Origin: Gammaproteobacteria bacterium
GTDB lineage: Bacteria; Pseudomonadota; Gammaproteobacteria; Burkholderiales; SHXO01
Reading direction: 5' to 3'
DNA length: 64,000 nt
Assembly: GCA_041487115.1 (NCBI GenBank)
Contig: JBGPMS010000001.1
Coordinates: forward strand, 908-64,907
Positions within the stretch are counted from its first letter, which is position 1. Every line of letters starts with the position of its first letter. Below the pieces are notes generated by a model. The model made no database searches. It saw only the letters and a program-made list of their open reading frames with translations, and was not told the DNA's origin. Both the position numbers and the translations under genes were made by a program. Of the stretch, positions 27,963 to 38,521 are shown in pieces.

Positions 27963-28982
27963 TCAATGCTTCGCCAGTGCCTGCACACAGTCGCGCACCA
28001 GGCGCGGTCCCGCATACACCAGTCCGCTATAGAGTTGGACCAGCTTTGCGCCGGCGGCAATCTTCTCGAGCGCGTCTTCGGCACGCAGGATGCCGCCCAC
28101 GCCGATGATGGGAATCCGGTCGGCCAGCGTGGCGTAGAGCCGGCGCACCACAGCGGTCGAGCGCTCTCGCAGCGGGGCACCGCTCAAGCCACCGCTCTCC
28201 TCGCCGTACGGTAAGCCCTCGACCCCGGTCCGCGACACGGTCGTGTTGGTCGCGATTACGCCGTCCACGCGATGCTCGAGCACCAACTGTGCGACGGCCT
28301 CGATCTGCTCATCGGTCAAGTCGGGCGCGATCTTCAGCGCCAGCGGCACGTAGCGTGCGTGCGTCACGGATAGCACCTGCTGCTCTGCCTTCAGCGTCCC
28401 CAGCAAACGGCCCAGCTCGTCCGTCTGCTGGAGTTGCCTGAGGTTCTTGGTGTTGGGCGAGGAGATGTTCACCGCCAGGTAGCTCGCCAGCGGATAGGCC
28501 TTGCGCATGCAAGCCACATAGTCTCCCGCCGCGCGTTCGATCGGCGTGTCGAAGCTCTTGCCGATGTTGACGCCGAGGATGCCGCGGTAGCGCGCGCGGC
28601 TTACATTGTGTACCAACCGATCGATCCCGAGGTTGTTGAACCCCATGCGGTTGATCAGAGCCTTGGCCTGCGGCACGCGGAACAGCCGCGGACGTGGATT
28701 GCCTGGCTGCGGCCGCGGCGTAACGGTGCCGACCTCGATGAATCCGAACCCGAGTGTGGCGAGCGGATCGATGTGCTCGCCGTTCTTGTCCAGGCCCGCG
28801 GCGAGGCCGACTGGATTGGGGAAGGTGAGACCCATCGCCTGCACTGGCGCGGGTGGCAGGCGCGACGTTACGAGCCGGGTGAGCCTCAGCGCGTGCGCCG
28901 CGTCGAGCAGCGCCAGCGTCAAACCGTGCGCGCGCTCGGCTTCGAGCCGGAACAACAGCGGCCGCAGCGGCGCGTACAGCAC
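27963..28982 (-). CDS. pyrD: dihydroorotate dehydrogenase (quinone), class 2
   Basis: [47 protein letters not shown] start. Confidence 0.9.
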   Translation of the reverse strand: MLYAPLRPLLFRLEAERAHGLTLALLDAAHALRLTRLVTSRLPPAPVQAMGLTFPNPVGLAAGLDKNGEHIDPLATLGFGFIEVGTVTPRPQPGNPRPRLFRVPQAKALINRMGFNNLGIDRLVHNVSRARYRGILGVNIGKSFDTPIERAAGDYVACMRKAYPLASYLAVNISSPNTKNLRQLQQTDELGRLLGTLKAEQQVLSVTHARYVPLALKIAPDLTDEQIEAVAQLVLEHRVDGVIATNTTVSRTGVEGLPYGEESGGLSGAPLRERSTAVVRRLYATLADRIPIIGVGGILRAEDALEKIAAGAKLVQLYSGLVYAGPRLVRDCVQALAKH

Positions 28983-28985
28983 GGA

Positions 28986-29765
28986 TCAGAAGCGCGGCTC
29001 GCGCCGTTCCAGGAAGGCCTTCAGGCCTTCGATAGCGTCATCGCTCGCCAGCGCTTGTTGCAGGTCGGGCAGCATGCGGGCGAATGCAGCGCGCTCGCCC
29101 TCGGCCCGCGCTAGCCGCGCCGAGGCCAGCGACGCCTGCACGCCGACTGGCGACTGGCGCGCGATGGTTTCCGCTACCGCCAGGGCGCGCTCCAGCTGAC
29201 TTCCGGCCGGCACGACCTGCTGGACGAAGCCGATGCGGTGCGCCTCCTGCGCGGTGAACTCGTCGCCGGTCAGCAGAATGCGCATGGCATTGCCCCAGCC
29301 CACCTCCTGCACCAGCCGCACCGTCGCACCGCCGATGGGATAGATGCCGCGCTTGACCTCGATCTGCGCGAAGCGCGCGTTGTCCGCGGCCACCCGCACG
29401 TCGGCGGCGAGCATCAGCTCGATGCCGATGGTCAGGCACCATCCCTGCACGGCGACCACCAGCGGCTTGGACAGCGCGCGCTCGGGCTCGCGCCCGAGGG
29501 GATCCGGCACGCCCTCGGGCAGCGGGGGCATGCGCCCGTCGCGGAAGAAGGGCAGCCACTGCGGCAGCTCGATGCCACCGGTGAAGTGCTCACCATGAGC
29601 GAACAACAGGCCGCAACGCAGCCCGCCATCGCGCTGCAGATCGCCCAGCGCCTGGCCCAGCTCGGCGTACATCTGCAGGTCGAAAGCGTTGCGCTTCTCC
29701 CGGCGGTTGAGCCCGACGAGAAGGACGTGCCCCCGCGTTTCCACCGTGACGCGCTGCAGGCTCAT
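28986..29765 (-). CDS. enoyl-CoA hydratase/isomerase (crotonase) family protein
   Basis: LNRREKRNAF...VAVQGWCLTIGIELMLAADVRVAADNARFAQIEVKRGIYP. Confidence 0.8.
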   Translation of the reverse strand: MSLQRVTVETRGHVLLVGLNRREKRNAFDLQMYAELGQALGDLQRDGGLRCGLLFAHGEHFTGGIELPQWLPFFRDGRMPPLPEGVPDPLGREPERALSKPLVVAVQGWCLTIGIELMLAADVRVAADNARFAQIEVKRGIYPIGGATVRLVQEVGWGNAMRILLTGDEFTAQEAHRIGFVQQVVPAGSQLERALAVAETIARQSPVGVQASLASARLARAEGERAAFARMLPDLQQALASDDAIEGLKAFLERREPRF

Positions 29766-29820
29766 GCAAGCCTCCGCTCGACCGGCTCCGGCCGCCGGCG
29801 GCTGCCAGAGGGCAGACCGC

Positions 29821-30570
29821 TCAAGCGCGAAAGGAGCCCGACGGACCGGGCTTGATCCGCTGCCACTGGCCGTTGACCAGGCCTTCCATGGCCTGGAAGT
29901 TGATCTTGTAGGCCATCTTGCGGCTCTGGGCGATCCAATAGCCCAGATAAAGATATGGCAGTCTCAAACGGCGGCACAGCTCCACCTGCCACAGCACGTT
30001 GAAGGTGCCGAGGCTGGCGCCCAGCAGGTCGGGCTCGAAGAACGTATACACCGACGATACACCGTCCTCCAGCCGGTCGACGATGCTGACCATGACCAGC
30101 CGTCCATCGTCGCGGAATTCGACCAGGTTGGAGGTCACGTTGCTCTGCAGGAGGAAGTGCCGATACTGCTCGCGGCTGTCGTGGTCCATCCCGCCGCCGG
30201 AATGGCGCGTGGATTGATAGCGGAGATACAACGCGTAGTGCTCCGGGTGGTACTTGAGATCGAGCATGCGCGCGTCCAGGCCCTCGTGGCGCTTGCCCGC
30301 GCGACGTTGCGACCGCGTGGCGTGGAACTCGGAGGTGATGATGCGCACGGGCACGCAGGCGCGGCAGCTGTCGCAATACGGCCGGTAGGTGAACGCCCCG
30401 CTGCGGCGGAAGCCGGCGCGTACCAGCTGGCTGTAGACCTGGGTGTCGATGGCGTGACTCGGGGTCGCGACTTGCGAGCGCGCCAGCTTGTCGGGCAGAT
30501 AGCTGCACGGATACGGCGCCGTGGCGTAGAACTGCAGGACCGAGAACGGCAGGTCGTTGAGCTGCGTCAT
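29821..30570 (-). CDS. bpt: arginyl-tRNA--protein transferase (Bpt/ATE type)
   Basis: YPCSYLPDK...[25 protein letters not shown] and the C-terminal YLYLGYWI. Confidence 0.88.
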   Translation of the reverse strand: MTQLNDLPFSVLQFYATAPYPCSYLPDKLARSQVATPSHAIDTQVYSQLVRAGFRRSGAFTYRPYCDSCRACVPVRIITSEFHATRSQRRAGKRHEGLDARMLDLKYHPEHYALYLRYQSTRHSGGGMDHDSREQYRHFLLQSNVTSNLVEFRDDGRLVMVSIVDRLEDGVSSVYTFFEPDLLGASLGTFNVLWQVELCRRLRLPYLYLGYWIAQSRKMAYKINFQAMEGLVNGQWQRIKPGPSGSFRA

Positions 30571-31301
30571 GCTGGACTCAGGCTCCAGGGCGCTGGCACA
30601 TCCGGATAGTTTACCAACTCTGCCATCCGACGCGTGAACTCCGCACGCGGGATCTCCCGAGCCCCGAACGAGGCCAGCAGCGGCGTGTTCATCTGGCAGT
30701 CGATCATGCCGAACTGCCAGCCCTGGAGCTGGCGCATCAGGTGCACCAGGGCGATCTTGGACGCATCGGCCGCGCGCGAGAACATGGATTCGCCGTAGAA
30801 CATGCGCCCCAGCGCCACCCCATACAATCCGCCGACCAGCTCACCGCCGCGCCAGGTCTCGAACGAGTGGGCCACGCCCAGCCGATGGAGTCGCGCGTAG
30901 GCGGCCTGCATCGCGCCGGTGATCCAGGTGCCGGGCTGGCGCGGGCGCGGCTCGCTGCAGGCTTGGATGACTTGCTCGAAGGCGCTGTCTGCGCGCACCT
31001 CGAAGCCTCCCTTGCGCAGCGTCTTGGCCAGCGAGCGAGCGATCTTGAACTCGTCGGGAAACAGCACCATGCGCGGGTCTGGGCTCCACCAGAGGATGGG
31101 CTCGCCGACGCTGAACCAGGGAAAGATGCCGAGACGATAGGCGTGCAGCAGGCGCTCTGGGGACAGATCGCCGCCGGCAGCCAGCAGCCCGTTGGGGCGG
31201 CGCAGCGCCCGCTCGACCGGTGGGAAATCGCCGTCTGGCTCGAGCCAGTGGATCAAATAAGGTCTATCCCCCGCACGGGGAGGGTAGAGCGTGCATTGCA
31301 A
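30567..31301 (-). CDS. aat: leucyl/phenylalanyl-tRNA--protein transferase
   Basis: [28 protein letters not shown]...YGESMFS. Its stop overlaps the bpt ATG (ATGA). Start is a TTG and is uncertain. Confidence 0.85.
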   Translation of the reverse strand: MQCTLYPPRAGDRPYLIHWLEPDGDFPPVERALRRPNGLLAAGGDLSPERLLHAYRLGIFPWFSVGEPILWWSPDPRMVLFPDEFKIARSLAKTLRKGGFEVRADSAFEQVIQACSEPRPRQPGTWITGAMQAAYARLHRLGVAHSFETWRGGELVGGLYGVALGRMFYGESMFSRAADASKIALVHLMRQLQGWQFGMIDCQMNTPLLASFGAREIPRAEFTRRMAELVNYPDVPAPWSLSPA

Positions 31302-31365
31302 TTGCCCTGGGGCTCAAGGCAGCCATGGCGCGACATCGGGCGCGAAGAAGAACTCACGCCGGCGC

Positions 31366-31896
31366 TCAGAACCACTGATCCTTGCCCTTGCTGATCAAGC
31401 CACAGGCCAGGCGCGGCCCAGCGTTGCCGGCCGGCTGGGTGCGCAGGTCGTCGGCGTTTGCATGGACGATCACCGCGCGGCCTACGATGCTGTCCTCGGC
31501 GGTGCCTACGCTGATGCCGCCGACCTCGGCGTGGTATACGGCTACGCCGTTGGCGTCGGCGTTCAAGTTGCCCAGGTCGCCCGCGTGGCGTTGCGGGCTA
31601 TCCGGACCTGCGTGGGGCGCTTTGCGCGGGTTGAAGTGGCCGCCGGCGCTGGTGGCATCGGGCGCGGTGCAATCCCCCTTCTCGTGCACGTGAAAGCCAT
31701 GCAGTCCCGGGCTCAGGCCAGTGACCCGGGCATCGACCAGCACTTTGTCCCCCTTCTGCACGAACGTCACGTTGCCCGTCACCTGGCTGCCCTTCGTGGG
31801 CGCCAGCGCCGCCGTCGCAGTGGGCGATCGCAGGCTCATGTTGGAACAGGCGGCAAGCCAGCCGCAAACGGCGAGCAGTACGAGGAACCTCTTCAT
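31366..31896 (-). CDS. sodC: periplasmic Cu/Zn superoxide dismutase, lipoprotein form
   Basis: Start moved to the ATG at 31896 (AGGAG upstream; lipobox MKRFLVLLAVCGWLAAC). GFHVHEKGDC, GGHFNP, HAGDLGNL, VIVHANADD. Confidence 0.9.
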   Translation of the reverse strand: MKRFLVLLAVCGWLAACSNMSLRSPTATAALAPTKGSQVTGNVTFVQKGDKVLVDARVTGLSPGLHGFHVHEKGDCTAPDATSAGGHFNPRKAPHAGPDSPQRHAGDLGNLNADANGVAVYHAEVGGISVGTAEDSIVGRAVIVHANADDLRTQPAGNAGPRLACGLISKGKDQWF

Positions 31897-32109
31897 GCGC
31901 TGTCTCCTAAGCTGGGAATCCGGGCCGTTTGGACGCGGTGCTGCGTCAGCTCCCCCGCGCGCCGCACGACCTGCGTTCGCGTCGGTTGTAGCACTGGTAC
32001 CCATCAGTGTCAAACCAGCCTTGGCGCGTCGCCTTGCGGCGAGGGCGGCTCGCGGCTCGTCTCACGTCGAAACGCCCGGGGCAGCTTCCTCGGTGGCTTC
32101 GAGGTTGGT

Positions 32110-33342
32110 ATGCTGGGCCCTTCTTACCTTCCCCCATGTTTTACGCGGTTGGCCAACTCGCCTAAATCCCCCAGCCCGCAGGAGCTCGAGCAGGCCTTTT
32201 CGCTGTTCAACCAGGCCTCCGCCCAGCTTGCCAGTGCCTACCACGAACTGGAGCAGAAGGTGGCGGGGCTGACCGGCGAGCTGGCGGTCGCCAATGGCGA
32301 GTTGCGCCGGCAATACGAAGAGAAAGAAGCGCTCTCCCGCCGGCTGTCGCTCCTGCTGGATGCGCTTCCCGGCGGCGTCGTGGCGTTGAATGCATCCGGC
32401 GCCGTGGTGGAGGCGAACCCCGCCGCCATCGAGTTGTTCGGCGGGCGTGCGCTCGGCCGTCCCTGGCTCGAGCTGGAGTCGGAGTGCCTGGCGCCGACCG
32501 GCACGCCGCAGGAATGGCGCTTGCGGCGCTTCGACGGCGCCAACCTGGCGGATCGCTGGGTGAGCATCTCAGCCAGCCAGGTCGACCTTGCCGGCGGCCG
32601 TATCCTCCTGGTCTCCGAAATCACCGACGCCTACCGCATGCGCGAGCAACTCGAGCGGCACAAGAAGCTCTCGGCGATGGGCGAGATGGCGGCCGGACTG
32701 GCGCACCAGCTGCGCACGCCGCTCGCCACCGCACTGCTTTACGCCGGCAACCTGGCGCGCAGCCAATTGTCCGAGCCGGATCGCCAGCGCTTCGCCGAAA
32801 AAGCCCTGGCGCGTCTCAAGGACCTCGAGCGCATGATCCGGGACATGCTCACTTTCGTTCGCGGCGCGCCCAGCGGCCGCGAGCGGATACAGCTGGGAGA
32901 GCTGGTGCAGGAGCTCGCCCAGGTCATGGAGCCGCAGATGGCCGAGCGCAGCGTCAGCTTCCGGGTCGACTTGCGCGCTGCGTCCGCTGCATTGCGCGGC
33001 GACCGCAAGGCGCTCGCCGGCGCAGTGCTCAATCTATTGGAGAATGCGCTGCAGGCGAGCGGCGCTGGCGGCCAGGTGCAGCTCGCTGCCGCGCTCGAAG
33101 GCGATCGCGTCGTCATCCGGGTGAGCGACACGGGTCGGGGCATGACAGCCGAGGTGCAGGAGCGCCTGTTCCAGCCATTCTTCACCACGCGGTCCGAGGG
33201 AACCGGGCTGGGCCTGGCGATCGTGCGCAGCGTGGTAGACGCCCACGGCGGAGAGATCACCGTGGAATCCACACCCGGGCGCGGGTCGATCTTCAGCGTG
33301 CGGCTGCCGCAGTACTCGGCCAGCGAGCGGACTGCGGCATGA
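32110..33342 (+). CDS. PAS-domain sensor histidine kinase, FleS/NtrB-like
   Basis: Start moved to the ATG at 32110. Coiled coil, PAS, H-box EMAAGLAHQLRTPL, N/G boxes (LLENALQA, DTGRGM, GTGLGLAIV). The upstream 273 codons of the track ORF are antisense to sodC. Confidence 0.8.
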   Translation: MLGPSYLPPCFTRLANSPKSPSPQELEQAFSLFNQASAQLASAYHELEQKVAGLTGELAVANGELRRQYEEKEALSRRLSLLLDALPGGVVALNASGAVVEANPAAIELFGGRALGRPWLELESECLAPTGTPQEWRLRRFDGANLADRWVSISASQVDLAGGRILLVSEITDAYRMREQLERHKKLSAMGEMAAGLAHQLRTPLATALLYAGNLARSQLSEPDRQRFAEKALARLKDLERMIRDMLTFVRGAPSGRERIQLGELVQELAQVMEPQMAERSVSFRVDLRAASAALRGDRKALAGAVLNLLENALQASGAGGQVQLAAALEGDRVVIRVSDTGRGMTAEVQERLFQPFFTTRSEGTGLGLAIVRSVVDAHGGEITVESTPGRGSIFSVRLPQYSASERTAA

Positions 33343-34679
33343 GCGTCCGGGCCGGACTGAAACCGCTGCCGGTGCTCATCGTCGAGGACGACCCGGCGTT
33401 GCGCGAGGCCCTGGAGGACACGCTGCACCTGGCAGGCTACAACGTGATGCAGGCGATCGACGGTGAGTCGGCACTGGCGTTGCTGGAGAAGAACCGGGTC
33501 GGCATCGTCGTCACCGACGTGCAGATGCAGCCCATGGACGGAGAGAAGCTGCTGCGCGAGATCAAGCGCCGGCACCCGGCGCTGCCGGTTCTGCTGATGA
33601 CCGCCTATGGCGAGATCGACCGTGCGGTGGAGGCGATGCGCGCCGGCGCGTGCAACTACCTGGCAAAGCCGTTCGAGCCCGACGAGCTGGTGTCGGAGGT
33701 GGCGCGCTGGATGCTGCCCGCCGGGCTGGGGGATGAAGGCGAGCTGATTGCCGAGGACCCCGCCACGCACGAGGTGCTCGATCTCGCGCGCCGCGTTGCC
33801 GCTACCGACGCCACTGTGCTCCTGACGGGAGAGAGCGGAGTGGGCAAGGAAGTGTTCGCGCGCTTCATCCATCGCCACTCGGCCCGGGCAGACAAGCCGT
33901 TCGTCGCAATCAACTGTGCGGCCATTCCGGACAATCTGCTGGAGGCCACGCTGTTCGGTTACGAGAAGGGCTCGTTCACCGGTGCGCAGCAGGCCCACGC
34001 CGGCAAGTTCGAGCAGGCCGAGGGCGGCACCCTGCTGCTGGACGAAGTGTCCGAGATGCCGCTGCAGCTGCAAGCCAAGCTGCTGCGCGTGTTGCAGGAA
34101 CGCGAGGTGGAGCGGGTAGGCGGCAAGAAGCCGATACCGCTCGACCTGCGCGTTCTCGCGACTTCTAACCGCGACCTGGAGGGGGAGGTGAGGGCCGGCC
34201 GCTTCCGCGAGGACCTGTACTATCGCCTCAACGTATTCCCATTGCAGATCCCGCCACTGCGCGGGCGCCGCGCCGATGTCCTCCCGCTCGCCAACCGGCT
34301 GCTGCGGAAGGGTTCGGAGGCCGCGCAGGGCAAGGCGTTCAGCCTCTCGAGCGCGGCCGCCGCTGGTTTGACGGCCCATACCTGGCGGGGTAACATCCGG
34401 GAGCTGGAGAACGTGCTGCAGCGCGCGATGATTCTGGCGCCAGGTGCGGTGATCGAGTTCGAGCATCTGTGCCTGCCCAAGCTGGCAGCCCCGAGCGACG
34501 CGGGGCAGGTAGTAGCGGCAGAGCGCTCGGCGGAGTTGCCGACAGATCTTAGGTCGCGTGAGCGCGCCCACATTCTGGAGACGCTTGCTGCAGTCAACGG
34601 GGTGCGTAAGGCGGCGGCGGAACGGCTGGGGATGAGCGAGCGGACGCTCCGCTACAAGCTGCAGCAATACCGGCAGTAG
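33339..34679 (+). CDS. sigma-54-dependent response regulator, FleR/NtrC family
   Basis: REC domain (LIVEDD...[11 protein letters not shown]), AAA+ domain ([20 protein letters not shown]-type [18 protein letters not shown]), C-terminal Fis-type HTH. The ATG overlaps the kinase stop (ATGA). Confidence 0.88.
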   Translation: MSVRAGLKPLPVLIVEDDPALREALEDTLHLAGYNVMQAIDGESALALLEKNRVGIVVTDVQMQPMDGEKLLREIKRRHPALPVLLMTAYGEIDRAVEAMRAGACNYLAKPFEPDELVSEVARWMLPAGLGDEGELIAEDPATHEVLDLARRVAATDATVLLTGESGVGKEVFARFIHRHSARADKPFVAINCAAIPDNLLEATLFGYEKGSFTGAQQAHAGKFEQAEGGTLLLDEVSEMPLQLQAKLLRVLQEREVERVGGKKPIPLDLRVLATSNRDLEGEVRAGRFREDLYYRLNVFPLQIPPLRGRRADVLPLANRLLRKGSEAAQGKAFSLSSAAAAGLTAHTWRGNIRELENVLQRAMILAPGAVIEFEHLCLPKLAAPSDAGQVVAAERSAELPTDLRSRERAHILETLAAVNGVRKAAAERLGMSERTLRYKLQQYRQ

Positions 34680-34766
34680 GCGGAGGAGAGCCGTCCGGAT
34701 TCCGGCACAGAAGGCTTGGACCGGTGAAAAAGGCTTTTTGGCTCCGAGGGTTACAGAACGTCCGAT

Positions 34767-34782
34767 TGGCACGCGAATTGCA
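34767..34782 (+). promoter_or_regulatory. sigma-54 (-24/-12) promoter upstream of fliE
   Basis: TGGCACgcgaaTTGCA, an exact match to TGGCAC-N5-TTGCW, 52 nt upstream of the fliE ATG. Confidence 0.8.
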
Positions 34783-34833
34783 GCATACAGGGTCTGACAC
34801 CGCGAACCGATCAACGGACAACGGAAAGGCGCC

Positions 34834-35148
34834 ATGAACACCCAAGGGATCGACCAACTGCTGCAGGAACTGAACACGCTGGCGGCACGCGCGGGTGGTC
34901 AGGAGCCGGCTGCCGCAGCCGGTTCGCCCGGTTTCGGCGAGATGCTGAAGTCCACGCTCGAGCAGGTGAACAACGCCCAACAGCAGGCCGGGCAACTCAC
35001 CGAGAAGTTCGACCTCAACGCCCCCGACGTAAACTTGCACGACGTGATGATGTCGCTGCAGAAGGCGAGCCTGTCCTTCCAGACCATGGTTCAGGTGCGC
35101 AACCGCCTCGTGTCTGCCTATCAGGAAATCATGAATATGCAGGTCTAG
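34834..35148 (+). CDS. fliE: flagellar hook-basal body complex protein FliE
   Basis: 104 aa. C-terminal HDVMMSLQKASLSFQTMVQVRNRLVSAYQEIMNMQV. Confidence 0.9.
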   Translation: MNTQGIDQLLQELNTLAARAGGQEPAAAAGSPGFGEMLKSTLEQVNNAQQQAGQLTEKFDLNAPDVNLHDVMMSLQKASLSFQTMVQVRNRLVSAYQEIMNMQV

Positions 35149-35170
35149 GAGGGCTTAACCAGCCGTATTG

Positions 35171-36823
35171 ATGGCACAGGCTCCCGGTCAAAGCGTCAGC
35201 GCCCTCGCAAGGGGTTTCACCCAACTCAGCAACGCACAGAAAGTCGGGCTACTGGCCGGCATCGCCGCCGTCGTTGCCGTCCTCGCCGTAGTCCTGCTCT
35301 GGGCCCGCACTCCCGAATACCGCGTGCTCTACTCGAACCTGTCCGACCGTGACGGGGGCGAGGTGCTCGCCGCGCTCGGTACCATGAACATCCCCTACCA
35401 AGTGGCCGACGGCGGCACCGCCATTCTGGTGCCGGCGGGGCAGGTCTATGACACGCGCTTGAAGCTGGCCAGCCAGGGACTGCCCAAAGGCGGCTCCGTC
35501 GGTTTCGAGTTGATGGAAACGCAGAAGTTTGGCGTCAGCCAGTTCGCCGAGCAGGTCAACTATCAGCGCGCGCTGGCCGGCGAGCTTTCGCGCACCATCC
35601 AGTCCCTGTCTCCGGTCGCGTCCGCGCGGGTGCACCTCGCGATCCCCCGGCCGAGCGTGTTTGTGCGCGAGCAGCCAAGGCCCAGCGCTTCGGTACTGGT
35701 CGGCATCTACCCTGGGCGCAGCCTGGACGAAGCTCAGGTAAGCGCTGTCCAGCACTTGGTGGCCTCGGCTGTGCCCGAGTTGTCGGCGCGCAGCGTCACG
35801 GTAGTGGACCAGGCCGGCAACCTGCTCTCGGGCGGTGGCGAGGGGACACAGGCGGGCGGCCTGGACGCCTCCCAGCTCAAGTATCTGCGTGCCCTCGAGA
35901 GCACCTACGCCGCGCGCATCGAGAGCATCGTGCAGCCCATTGTCGGCCGCGAGAACGTGCGCGCCCAGGTCGCCGCGAACCTCGATTTCTCCCAGGTCGA
36001 GCAAACCTCGGAAACGTTCAGGCCGAACGCCTCCGCGCAGGACCAGGCGCTGCGCAGTCAGCAGACGGTGGAGACTACCAGCACCAACCCGACCGGACCC
36101 AGCGGGGTTCCCGGCGCGCTGTCCAACCAGCCGCCGGGCGCAGCCAGCGCGCCGTTGACAGCACCTAGTGCGGCTCAGCCGGCCACGGCCTCCACGTCGG
36201 CGTCTACCAGCTCGCACCGCGAGAACACGGTCAACTACGAGGTGGACAAGACCATCCGACACGTCAAAAACGAGGTGGGGGCCATCAAACGCTTGTCGGT
36301 GGCGGTCGTGGTCAATCACCGGCGCACGGTCGACAGGAACGATAAGGCCAGCTTCACACCGCGCACCGACGCGGAGATGGCCCAGATAGCCGAACTGGTG
36401 CGCCAGGCCATGGGTTTCAGCAAAGAGCGAGGCGATACGGTCAACGTGGTCAACACGCCCTTCAACCTGCCGGAAGCCGACGCCGCCGGGGTCGCCGCAC
36501 CTTCCGTGTGGAGCGATTGGCTGGAACGCCAACTTACCCCTCAGGGCTTGTCCCGGTGGGGCGGCTACGCGTTGATAGCGGCGGTGCTGTTGTACGCCTG
36601 GTTCGGGCTGCTGACCCCGACGTTCCGCGACCTGATGCGAGCGGGAAGCCGCGTCGAGCCGACGTATGCGCCAGGCGGCGGGGAGGCTGCGATCGCGGCC
36701 GCAGCGCGCTCCCAGGCCCAGGCGGGTTACGACTCCGATCTGCGGGCGGTCAAGGATATCGCCCGCTCGGACCCGCGCATCGTCGCCAACGTGGTGAAGG
36801 ATTGGGTTGGCCGCAATGAGTGA
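35171..36823 (+). CDS. fliF: flagellar M-ring protein FliF
   Basis: YscJ/FliF signature (LYSNLSDRDGGEVLAAL, RLKLASQGLP) plus a C-terminal TM segment. ATG at 35171 (a TTG lies one codon upstream). Confidence 0.92.
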   Translation: MAQAPGQSVSALARGFTQLSNAQKVGLLAGIAAVVAVLAVVLLWARTPEYRVLYSNLSDRDGGEVLAALGTMNIPYQVADGGTAILVPAGQVYDTRLKLASQGLPKGGSVGFELMETQKFGVSQFAEQVNYQRALAGELSRTIQSLSPVASARVHLAIPRPSVFVREQPRPSASVLVGIYPGRSLDEAQVSAVQHLVASAVPELSARSVTVVDQAGNLLSGGGEGTQAGGLDASQLKYLRALESTYAARIESIVQPIVGRENVRAQVAANLDFSQVEQTSETFRPNASAQDQALRSQQTVETTSTNPTGPSGVPGALSNQPPGAASAPLTAPSAAQPATASTSASTSSHRENTVNYEVDKTIRHVKNEVGAIKRLSVAVVVNHRRTVDRNDKASFTPRTDAEMAQIAELVRQAMGFSKERGDTVNVVNTPFNLPEADAAGVAAPSVWSDWLERQLTPQGLSRWGGYALIAAVLLYAWFGLLTPTFRDLMRAGSRVEPTYAPGGGEAAIAAAARSQAQAGYDSDLRAVKDIARSDPRIVANVVKDWVGRNE

Positions 36824-37814
36824 AGACGGGGTCCAGCGCAGCGCCATTCTGCTCATGTCCATCGGCGAGGAGGAGGCGGTGGAGGTGTTCAAGTTCCTCG
36901 GGCCGCGCGAGGTGCAGAAGCTGGGGCTCGCGATGTCCAAGCTCAGCAACGTGACGCGCGAGCAAGCGGCCGAGGTGCTGCGCAAGTTCCGCGCTGAGGC
37001 CGATCAGCAGACCACTATCGGCGCGGCCTCCGACGAATATCTGCGCACCGTCCTGACCCGCGCACTGGGAAACGACAAGGCCGCGGGCTTGATCGACCGC
37101 ATACTGCTCGGCAGCGACACCGCCGGTATCGAGAGCTTGAAGTGGATGGACTCGGCCTCGGTGGCCGAATTGATCAAGGGGGAGCATCCGCAGATCATCG
37201 CCACCATTCTCGTGCATCTCGATCCGGACCAGTCGAGCGAGATCTTGACCCTCTTGCCGGAGCGGCTGCGCAACGATGTGGTACTGCGCATTGCGACGCT
37301 CGAAGGCATCCAGCCCTCGGCCATGCGCGATCTGAACGAGGTGCTGACCCAGATCTTGAGCGGTACCGACAAGCTCAAGAAGACTGCGCGCGGTGGCATC
37401 GAGGCGGCGGCCGAGATCCTCAATAACATGGGCGGCACCCTGGAGGCGACGGTCAGCTCGCACATCCGCGAGGTCGATCCGGAATTGGCGCAGAAGATCC
37501 AGGACAAGATGTTCGTGTTCGAGAACCTGATGGACCTGGACGACCGCGGCATCCAGCTCCTGCTGCGCGAAGTGCAGTCGGAGACGCTGGTGGTGGCACT
37601 CAAGGGTACCACTGAGGCGCTGCAGGAGAAGGTGTTCAAGAACATGTCGCAGCGCGCCGCGGAAATGCTGCGCGATGACTTGGAAGCCAAGGGCCCGGTG
37701 CGGCTGTCGGAAGTCGAGGCGGAGCAGCGCGAGATCCTGCGCATCGTGCGCAGGCTGGCGGAGGAAGGCCAGATCGTGATGGGCGGGAAGGGCGAGGAAG
37801 GTCTTGTCGAATAG
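36816..37814 (+). CDS. fliG: flagellar motor switch protein FliG
   Basis: SAILLMSIGEEEAVEVFKFL, LIKGEHPQIIATILVHL, MFVFENL. The ATG at 36816 overlaps the fliF end. Confidence 0.92.
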   Translation: MSEDGVQRSAILLMSIGEEEAVEVFKFLGPREVQKLGLAMSKLSNVTREQAAEVLRKFRAEADQQTTIGAASDEYLRTVLTRALGNDKAAGLIDRILLGSDTAGIESLKWMDSASVAELIKGEHPQIIATILVHLDPDQSSEILTLLPERLRNDVVLRIATLEGIQPSAMRDLNEVLTQILSGTDKLKKTARGGIEAAAEILNNMGGTLEATVSSHIREVDPELAQKIQDKMFVFENLMDLDDRGIQLLLREVQSETLVVALKGTTEALQEKVFKNMSQRAAEMLRDDLEAKGPVRLSEVEAEQREILRIVRRLAEEGQIVMGGKGEEGLVE

Positions 37815-38460
37815 GATTATCCCCAGGGAATCCCTGACCCACCTGCGCCGGGCCGAGCTGGAGGATCTGGAGGATCTGGGTGGGGCGAAATCGCAGACGC
37901 GCTCTGTGCCGGCGCGTCCCGAACCGCCGGGGGTGCCCGACCCGTCGCTCTTGGCGCGAGCACGCGAGGAAGGTCATGGGGCAGGGCTGGAGGCAGGGCG
38001 GCGCGAAGCCGAAGGGCTGTTGCAGGCCGAGCGCGACGCGCTGAGAGCGCTCAGCAACGGGCTCGCGCAGCTCGTGAACGACTTCGAGCAGAGCCTCGCC
38101 AACGACGTGCTTTCGCTCAGCCTGGAACTCACCAAACTGATCGTGCGTCAGTCGGTGAAGGTCAAGCCAGATCTGGTGCTGAGCGCGGTGCGCGAAGCGG
38201 TGGCCAGCCTGCCCGGCGTCGACCTGCAGACCACCATCCACCTGCATCCGAACGACGCGGCCCTGTTGCGCAGGCTCGCCGAAAATGACAAGACACTGCG
38301 CGAGCTGCCCTGGAAGATCGTCGAGGACACCCAGCTCGAGCGCGGCGGCTGCCGTCTGGACACCGCCACCACAGAAGTTGACGCGACGCTCGAGACGCGC
38401 TGGCGGCGCGTCATCGCGGCGCTCGGCCGCGACGATCCCTGGATCGACATCACGACCTGA
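37804..38460 (+). CDS. fliH: flagellar assembly protein FliH
   Basis: Position between fliG and fliI, and a FliH-like C-terminal domain (GGCRLDTATTEVDATLETRW). TTG start is uncertain. Confidence 0.75.
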   Translation: MSNRIIPRESLTHLRRAELEDLEDLGGAKSQTRSVPARPEPPGVPDPSLLARAREEGHGAGLEAGRREAEGLLQAERDALRALSNGLAQLVNDFEQSLANDVLSLSLELTKLIVRQSVKVKPDLVLSAVREAVASLPGVDLQTTIHLHPNDAALLRRLAENDKTLRELPWKIVEDTQLERGGCRLDTATTEVDATLETRWRRVIAALGRDDPWIDITT

Positions 38461-38521
38461 CCGGGCTCGGTTCCCACGCAACGGCGCGCTGCCCGCGCGC
38501 ACGCAGCCATGACATCCAACC

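Noticed and set aside
31291-32109. N-terminal 273 codons of track ORF 31291..33342; likewise 24252-24773 of ORF 23583..24773, 45655-46428 of ORF 45655..47007, and 17309-17467 of ORF 16385..17467
   Set aside because: These extensions overlap other well-supported genes (sodC/aat, the large oxidoreductase, fliR) or lack a signal peptide. Internal ATG starts with an RBS or signal peptide give family-typical N-termini.
32739-36985. 712-aa (32739-34877) and 578-aa (35249-36985) minus-strand ORFs
   Set aside because: Antisense to the fleS/fleR-like genes and to fliF respectively, all of which have clear family signatures.
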